In this document: positions 13,801-20,000 of the stretch, in pieces | Numbering within the stretch: position 1 is the first letter of the stretch | Layout: each line of letters opens with the position of its first letter | NCBI GenBank assembly: GCA_003344405.1 | Contig: NOWV01000274.1 | Location: 51,505 to 71,504 of the forward strand | Length of the DNA: 20,000 nt | Reading direction: 5' to 3' | DNA from: Trichoplax sp. H2 | Lineage: Eukaryota | Program-made: the position numbers and the translations under genes | The notes under the pieces: model-generated | Seen by the model: the letters and a program-made list of their open reading frames with translations, nothing else | What the model was told of the DNA's origin: nothing | Database searches by the model: none

Positions 13801-16800
13801 AGCCGCGAGAAATTTGGGAGTTTCAGGCATTTCTTTATTTCGATGTTTAACTACAAGAACTAAACTTATACGAGGCCAACCAGTTCGTTCATTAAATACG
13901 CCAGAAGTTGTACGTATAATCTACATTGAGTAGTTCTTCCCTTGAAAAATGGCCTTTAGCTGATTCTACAAGTTCTTTCAGTCCTTAAGATACTAATAAG
14001 AGAATTTAATTTTATTTACTAGTCAAAAGCAGCCTGTAATGCATTGGCTATGACATTATATGCAAGAATGTTGTCAGCCATTATAAGACGAGTTAATTTA
14101 CTGCTACGAGGCCATGCAACCCAAACCAAAAATGCTTCTTCATTATCATCGGACAGCGCTGGTTCGTCAGTTAGCTCTACAGAGCCCAAAGATGCTTCAG
14201 AGTCGAATAAGAACCCGAATGAACATTCGCATTTTAAACGATTTCGTAAGTCTAGATGCATTTTCGCTTGTTTTAACTAGAATAGCTAACATAGCTCGTA
14301 TTGATTCCATGAACAGCGAGTACAGACCTGAAGAAGCAATCAAATCTACTGAAAGGTTGTACTGGATCACTAGGAATTTTGGACATGTATGGATTTGAAA
14401 TTACTAACGTAAGGATTTTGCAATTCAGCGGGATAACTCTTCAAATAGATAATGTCGAAATGCCTTGATAGACTAATTATTCGTGCATATCAATTACTGT
14501 CGGTTACAGACCAATAGACTTGAACAACTTTGCATCAACTTTTGCTCAGAAACAATTCAACACTTTTATAATACTCATCTTTTTGAAAGCACTGCCGATG
14601 CCTTCAGGTAGGATGGAAGACATTGCTAATCGTTTTAGTAAATGCAACAACGATTTGATAACTTTCTTCAAATTGATGTAGAAACGATATTGGAATGGAA
14701 ATTGACCTCGGCTACGTCAACAATACGCCCTGCATTGAATTATTAATAAGCCCAGTACGCTATTTTAGCCCTTTCTTTTTAGCGCTATCTTTTCCTATAT
14801 GCCTATCGTTCTACTAAATCATTTTCCTTATAAATTTATTAATAGATTGGCATCTTGTCCATTTTGAATCAGGAATGCCTCAATCCTAGGTAGTCTGAAT
14901 ATTCAATGGTCATTCTGATCATAACATTAACACTGATTTAAAATTTACTTATGTCTCAAATTAATATAATAACCAAATTTTATTTCTTAGAGGGGACACG
15001 GAAACATTCATAAGCAAAATTAAAGCCGAACATGACGATAATTGCTGGTTAGTACTATAATCAACTTAAATTAATGTAAGCGTGTATTTTTAGAAGGACA
15101 GACTGACATAGTACTTAACCATTAAGATTTTTAAATGGATTAAAGATGATATTTCGGATAATATTTTTAGGTTTTCCAAGCAATCGGACTCAGAATTTGG
15201 TATCATACATCACCATGGTGATGTAAGCTACTGTTCCTATGTTATATTTTCATCCTTAGCCTTATTCTTGCCTCTAAATTACTGATGTAAAATACATTAT
15301 TTTAACTACCTTCAATACCGTACTAATTCAATCTATCAATGGATATTAGGTTTTATATGATTCCTCTGATCTTATAACGTCCAACAGAGATATCATCAGT
15401 GATGATGTTATTTCCATCTTTCGATCACAAGTAGGTTTTAATTAATATCCTGAAGCAATTTATACTGATACTTCTCGTTATAGCGAAGACGATATAATAT
15501 AGCGGCCGTTAATAATTATACTTTCCGTGCTGTTTTTGTGTTAGAATTGTTCATTTGACTTTTTAACGCACCTGTTTTCGCAAGACCTAAGATCAAGTAG
15601 AGGTACGGAAAGATTTTGCTTAATAACTTGAATTGGCGCCATCTTGGCTATTTTCGTACTTTATGTCAGTAAGTCATTGAGAATAGATAACCTTGGTCAC
15701 AATTTGTTCTATCAAACTATATAGGAAATGGAGGCCTTCCAGCAAATTCACATAGAATAACTTCGAGTTCTTCTGATAGCAATGATACTACCGATTATCG
15801 AAGAACTTTCCTACAAGATTTCCAGGTACAGACTTAGATGTCTAAAAAGTCTAAGAGCAGCTTTATACGAATATTAATATATGCGTATTTCATTGATATT
15901 AAATTAATCTTTTGGTTTACTTATAACAGTTGCAGATTGATAATTTATTAAAAATGGCAGCTGAAGCTGATTCTTACTTTATCAGATGTATTAGAGTAAG
16001 TAATCCTTAATCATAATTTTAATTATCAGCTAGGACAAATTTGTTCTAACTTGCTATGATAGCTAATAAATTTCAACGTAAATACAAATGTTCCGGTATA
16101 ACTCAACTTTTACATATAGATCGACTATTGCCTTGATATTGATCTTAAAATATAGTCGTAGTTTTATGATGAACACTGGTAAATTCTAACCTTAATAGAT
16201 TATTTAGCTATTACTTAATTTTCTGTATATAAACGTATATTATCTTTTTAGACTGATGTTAAAGGATAGTTCTAATTTTGTAATGAAAGCTCTCAAATTA
16301 ACTTTAATATAAATAGTTAGCTATAACTCATATATATCTTAATATATCAGTTATTACCTTTTCAGACGAACATAAAATTTAATCCTAATTTGTATGATGA
16401 AAGCTCGCAATTTGTGTCTTTAACGCAAACGTTTAGCTATGATTTAATTTTAATCGTACGGAAATATCAATAAACTTTCTAGACGAATACCAATGAAGTT
16501 CCTAACGTATTTGATCGAGTCACTGTGGCTCGACAATTGCGTGCTTTGGAAGTACTAGAAACATTAAATTTAATGACATCAGGTATTATCATCATACTTT
16601 GATTTTTCTCCTTGGATCCTGATCTATCCATCCTTATTTCATTGTTACTTTAATCATGATTACAGGTCTGCCATATCAATTGCCACTACTAACGTTCATT
16701 AGCCGGTAATGCAGCTATGATGATTAGCAACATGATATTATTAATTGATATCGTAATTAACAATATTCTTATTCTACTTCCGCAGCTATCGATGCTTCTG

Positions 16801-18307
16801 TTCCAATAATCCCGATGGAGGTGTTGAAAATTCGAGACATTTATGTGAAGCAATTTTAAATATTTTCCTTGAGAGACTGGATCAATCAAAGCTATCCAGT
16901 GAAAATGTAAACTGGGCCGTTGGCGATAACTTCGTTTTTCTGAGGTACATCCACATTATTACTATAATTAATAAAATTTGAGTAATACTTTTGGGGAAAA
17001 AAAAGGGACAGTTTTAAATATGATATTACGCCACTATTAGGTCGTTAAAAGAAAGAAAGGTGTTGGCAACAATGCCATTTTTAGGTGTAAATTTAAACTT
17101 GTATATTTATTGCATTTTATAGTGAAGATGCAATGCAATACTTGGAATACATGAGAAATATCTTACGTGAGCAAGCCACAGTCATTATCCAAGCGTTAGT
17201 AAGGATGTACATTTGCAGAAAAGCATATAAGAAGATGAAAAGTAGCCAAGAGATGAGAAATAAATCTCGGAGAAGTCTTCTTAACAATTCGAAATCGAAG
17301 ACAAGGCAATCATCACTTAGGTAGATTGATGAAATACTTTCGATATTATTTTTAAGTTATTCGGTGCTTATTATGGATATAACTTCCCATTTTGTGACAA
17401 TTTTAATCAATCATGAAACTATTTCAATGCTGTTCTTCTAATAGTGACGGAGATAATACTCGCCATCCTGTACCAAATTCTCCTACTACACCGAATGGCA
17501 ATGTGGTAATATGTGATGAAGATGTTATCCAGAAAACTTGTGAATTATATGGTTTCAACGCGGTAAGTATCCACTATTCCTAGAATAGCATTTATAAATC
17601 GTTATTGGTATATAGTCAAATTTTATTTTATTCCATGGTAAGAGCCTATTTTGAACAGGAAATTTTAATCCTAACTATATTTTTGGAACTTTTAAGTTTC
17701 ATCTAGCAACAATGTATCCTATTTATAAATTCTTCTTTAATTATGTCATTCTAGGCTACACCACCGAGTATACCTCAATCTAGACCTTATGCTGTTATTG
17801 GCAACTCTAGAATAGAGTTTCCTCAAACAAGAATAATGAGACAACCTTTCCGACATGGTAAATGCTATGACGATAAATCACTCGCACTAGAAAGAAATTT
17901 CAATTTTCCATGCGTGATATCACGAAATTGCTATCCCTTTAATTTCCATTTCTTTAAACCTGTACTATAGACGATTTACCTTGGAAAGTAATTCGTGTTG
18001 GAGAAACAGTAACAGCGATTGCTGCTTCGCCTAAAGCTGGTTGTTTTCTTGGCGAATATCGTGGATATAGATTGCATATTCCACGTCGATTGACTGAAAT
18101 TATCGTAAGTCTTCTTAACGAATCGATTTTATCCTGTTTTACTACATGACTGCTATTGTATTTCTTTCTATCTATTCATTCAAATTCATTTTCTACCTAT
18201 ATGGGATGAGATCGATCTCTAACTTCTCTTCATGTGATATATAGTCTCCTTCTCCTACCATATCGAATGGCTCTGGAAGCAAGAAAGGTTCCGTTAGCGA
18301 TATTTGA
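7897..18307 (+). CDS. dachs: Dachs-like unconventional myosin (class XX), 30 exons, ~1169 aa
   Basis: join(7897..8434,11496..11618,11782..11897,12028..12203,12461..12557,12648..12725,12803..12877,13012..13096,13232..13335,13479..13605,13779..13909,14023..14245,14317..14408,14510..14607,14682..14754,14846..14889,14991..15047,15171..15222,15350..15430,15545..15602,15725..15825,15930..15995,16483..16582,16666..16705,16786..16944,17123..17320,17445..17562,17755..17857,17971..18104,18245..18307) = 3510 nt, open frame, all introns GT-AG. Myosin motifs: GESGSGKT, NLDSSRVG, NYHIFY, LAAILLLGNVQF, ILDMYGFE, LEQLCINF, YFIRCIR. Dachs-like signatures recalled from family knowledge: DDLIHMPGPHTEDAV, GPVLIALN, LDQTR, ETIQHFYNTHLF, and tail IQKTCELYG...PPSIPQSRPY...FPQTRIMR. 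Joining exon 1 across the 3-kb intron rests on phase compatibility and is less certain than the motor exons. Confidence 0.88.
11782..16944 (+). other. Myosin motor domain coding region (exons 3-25)
   Basis: P-loop GESGSGKT at 12462..12485. Switch I TNLDSSRV/G spans the exon 6/7 junction. Switch II DMYGFE is in 14317..14408, relay LEQLCINFCSETIQHFYN in 14510..14607, SH-helix region RQLRALEVLETLNLMTSGLP from 16483, and converter end WAVGDNFVFL near 16944. Confidence 0.93.
16140..16540 (+). repeat. Degenerate ~115-bp tandem duplication in myosin intron 22, including the acceptor and start of exon 23
   Basis: TTAGCTAT at about 16204, 16317 and 16433. (A/G)T(G/A)ATGAA at about 16166, 16280 and 16394. 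Pyrimidine-rich AG followed by AC(T/G) ends at 16251, 16365 and 16482 (the true acceptor). Confidence 0.7.
17187..17222 (+). other. Single IQ (calmodulin/light-chain binding) motif
   Basis: IQALVRMYICRK fits IQxxxRxxxxR and lies just after the converter. Confidence 0.8.
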
Positions 18308-19196
18308 ATTTAGTCCTATAGTGATATACTTTATATTATACCTTTGGTTATTTATGTAATGGGATAAGTATTTATATTGATAATAGTATTATAGATATCC
18401 CAGGATTGTTAGTTTCTTTTTAAAATTTATCAAGAGGTTTTATATATCCAAACGAATACCAAATTAAGAAATGACTACCTGACTTTGTCGGTTACAAATT
18501 TCCCCTCAATATCGACTGTATCAAAGTCAGACAATGTCCCTATAAATATCATTGATTGTATTGCTAATTTATATCCCTGTTACTGTAGCTATATCTGTAT
18601 TTTAAAATATGTATCTAGGGTCTCATTATTCTTTTAATAATACTACTGAAAATATATATTTCATTGCAATATTTGTCATTTTTATCAAGCAAATGTCCCT
18701 ATGGCAGAGCTTATTACCCGTTTCATTATTATGATTGAGTGCGGGCAACGATATACATTTTTAGTTTTACTACTGTTAGAAGAAATCTTTTAGTTGGTAT
18801 AGAAAGAATGAAGGTGGCAAAAAAATTATTTGTATATATCAATGTTTGGTTATGACTTGTATCTCGATCATCATTCTTCTATCTTTCTTGTGTATTGACG
18901 ATTTGTAAGAAGAAAATTATATATGTATTCTCAATTTCAATTTTAGATTATTTGTTTATCTCTTGTGGGTGATTAATTAATTCATGATAATATTGCTGTA
19001 ATCGGGTACCAAATGGATTAATTCTAATAATTGTACGAGTTGTTAATGGATATTGGATAGCCGTTTTTGGATGACTTATTCATGATTGATATTTTATAAT
19101 GCAAAGGTTTGATTTACCATTCCTTGAAGTTTTGATTCATTAACACAACATATATTCCAGTGTCGATAGTGAAAATGAATAGTAGCTATCGTTTAT

Positions 19197-20000
19197 AGTC
19201 GATCATTAAGTATAATAAACTCTAATCAGTCATGCTAACATTGGATTTTTCCTGTGAGTATAATGGATTTGAGTTTAATGGATGCTACTTCATCAAAATA
19301 GCTTCTCGAACTGAATGATTGGAGAGGAATAATGATTGACTGGACATTCCATTGCGATCCTTTACCGTCCTCACAGAGGATACTTTCTACCTCTTAGGCA
19401 GTCGATCATCAACTATAATAAACTCTAATTAGTCATGCTAAGATTGGATTTTTCCTGTGAGTAGAATGGATTTGAGTTTAATGGATGCTACTTCATCAAA
19501 ATAGCTTCTCGAACTGAATGATTGGAGAGGAATAATGATTGACTGGACATTCCATTGCGATCCTATACCGTCCTCACAGAGGATACTTTCTACCTCTTAG
19601 GCAGTCGATCATCAACTATAATAAACTCTAATTAGTCATGCTAAGATTGGATTTTTCCTGTGAGTAGAATGGATTTGAGTTTAATGGATGCTACTTCATC
19701 AAAATAGCTTCTCGAACTGAATGATTGGAGAGGAATATTCCATTGCGATCCTTTACCGTCCTCACAGAGGATACTTTCTACCTCTTAGGCAGTCGATCAT
19801 CAACTATAATAAACTCTAATTAGTCATGCTAAGATTGGATTTTTCCTGTGAGTAGAATGGATTTGAGTTTAATGGATGCTACTTCATCAAAATAACTTCT
19901 CGAACTGAATGATTGGAGAGGAATAATGATTGACTGGACATTCCATTGCGATCCTATACCGTCCTCACAGAGGATACTTTCTACCTCTTAGGCAGTCGAT
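19197..20000. repeat. 203-bp tandem repeat array, at least 4 units, continues past window end
   Basis: Units start at 19197, 19400, 19603, 19791 and 19994 (partial), each beginning AGTCGATCAT and ending CCTCTTAGGC. Lengths are 203, 203, 188 (15-bp deletion) and 203. Units are near-identical. Confidence 0.97.

Noticed and set aside
16166..16256. Intronic C/D box snoRNA (ATGATGA at 16166, CTGA at 16253)
   Set aside because: There is no terminal stem, the D box is not conserved in sister units, and the motif is better explained by duplication of the exon 23 start. An Rfam or snoscan hit would reopen it.
7888..16889. Antisense or shifted-frame ORFs at 7888(-), 12431(-), 14019(-), 14114(+) and 16689(-)
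   Set aside because: They are shadows of real myosin exons.
19010..19190. Additional decayed monomer of the 203-bp repeat upstream of the array
   Set aside because: Only short words match (TTAATGGAT, ATGATTGA, CATTCC), which is not distinguishable from chance without alignment statistics.
19197..20000. CRISPR-like array
   Set aside because: Whole 203-bp units are near-identical with no unique spacers, there are no cas genes, and the context is eukaryotic.

Overview
AT-rich eukaryotic (animal-type) genomic DNA with many short GT-AG introns. The ORF track mostly shows exon fragments and noise. Manual splicing gives two + strand genes. (1) The 3' part of a CP110/CCP110-like centriolar protein gene (10 exons, 1..2821, 5'-truncated by the window). 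(2) An apparently complete 30-exon gene (7897..18307, 3510 nt CDS, 1169 aa, all intron phases consistent) for a Dachs-type (class XX) unconventional myosin, with a long disordered N-terminus, a divergent motor, one IQ motif and a Dachs-like tail. Non-coding structure includes a degenerate ~115-bp tandem duplication of a splice acceptor plus exon start inside myosin intron 22, a degenerate ~150-bp repeat in the intergenic region, and a near-identical 203-bp tandem array from 19197 that runs off the window end. The compact intron-rich style suggests an early-branching animal such as a placozoan, but that is inference only. There are no prokaryotic features, CRISPR arrays, tRNA or rRNA genes. I do not see a demonstrably new biological system; the best leads are listed as findings.
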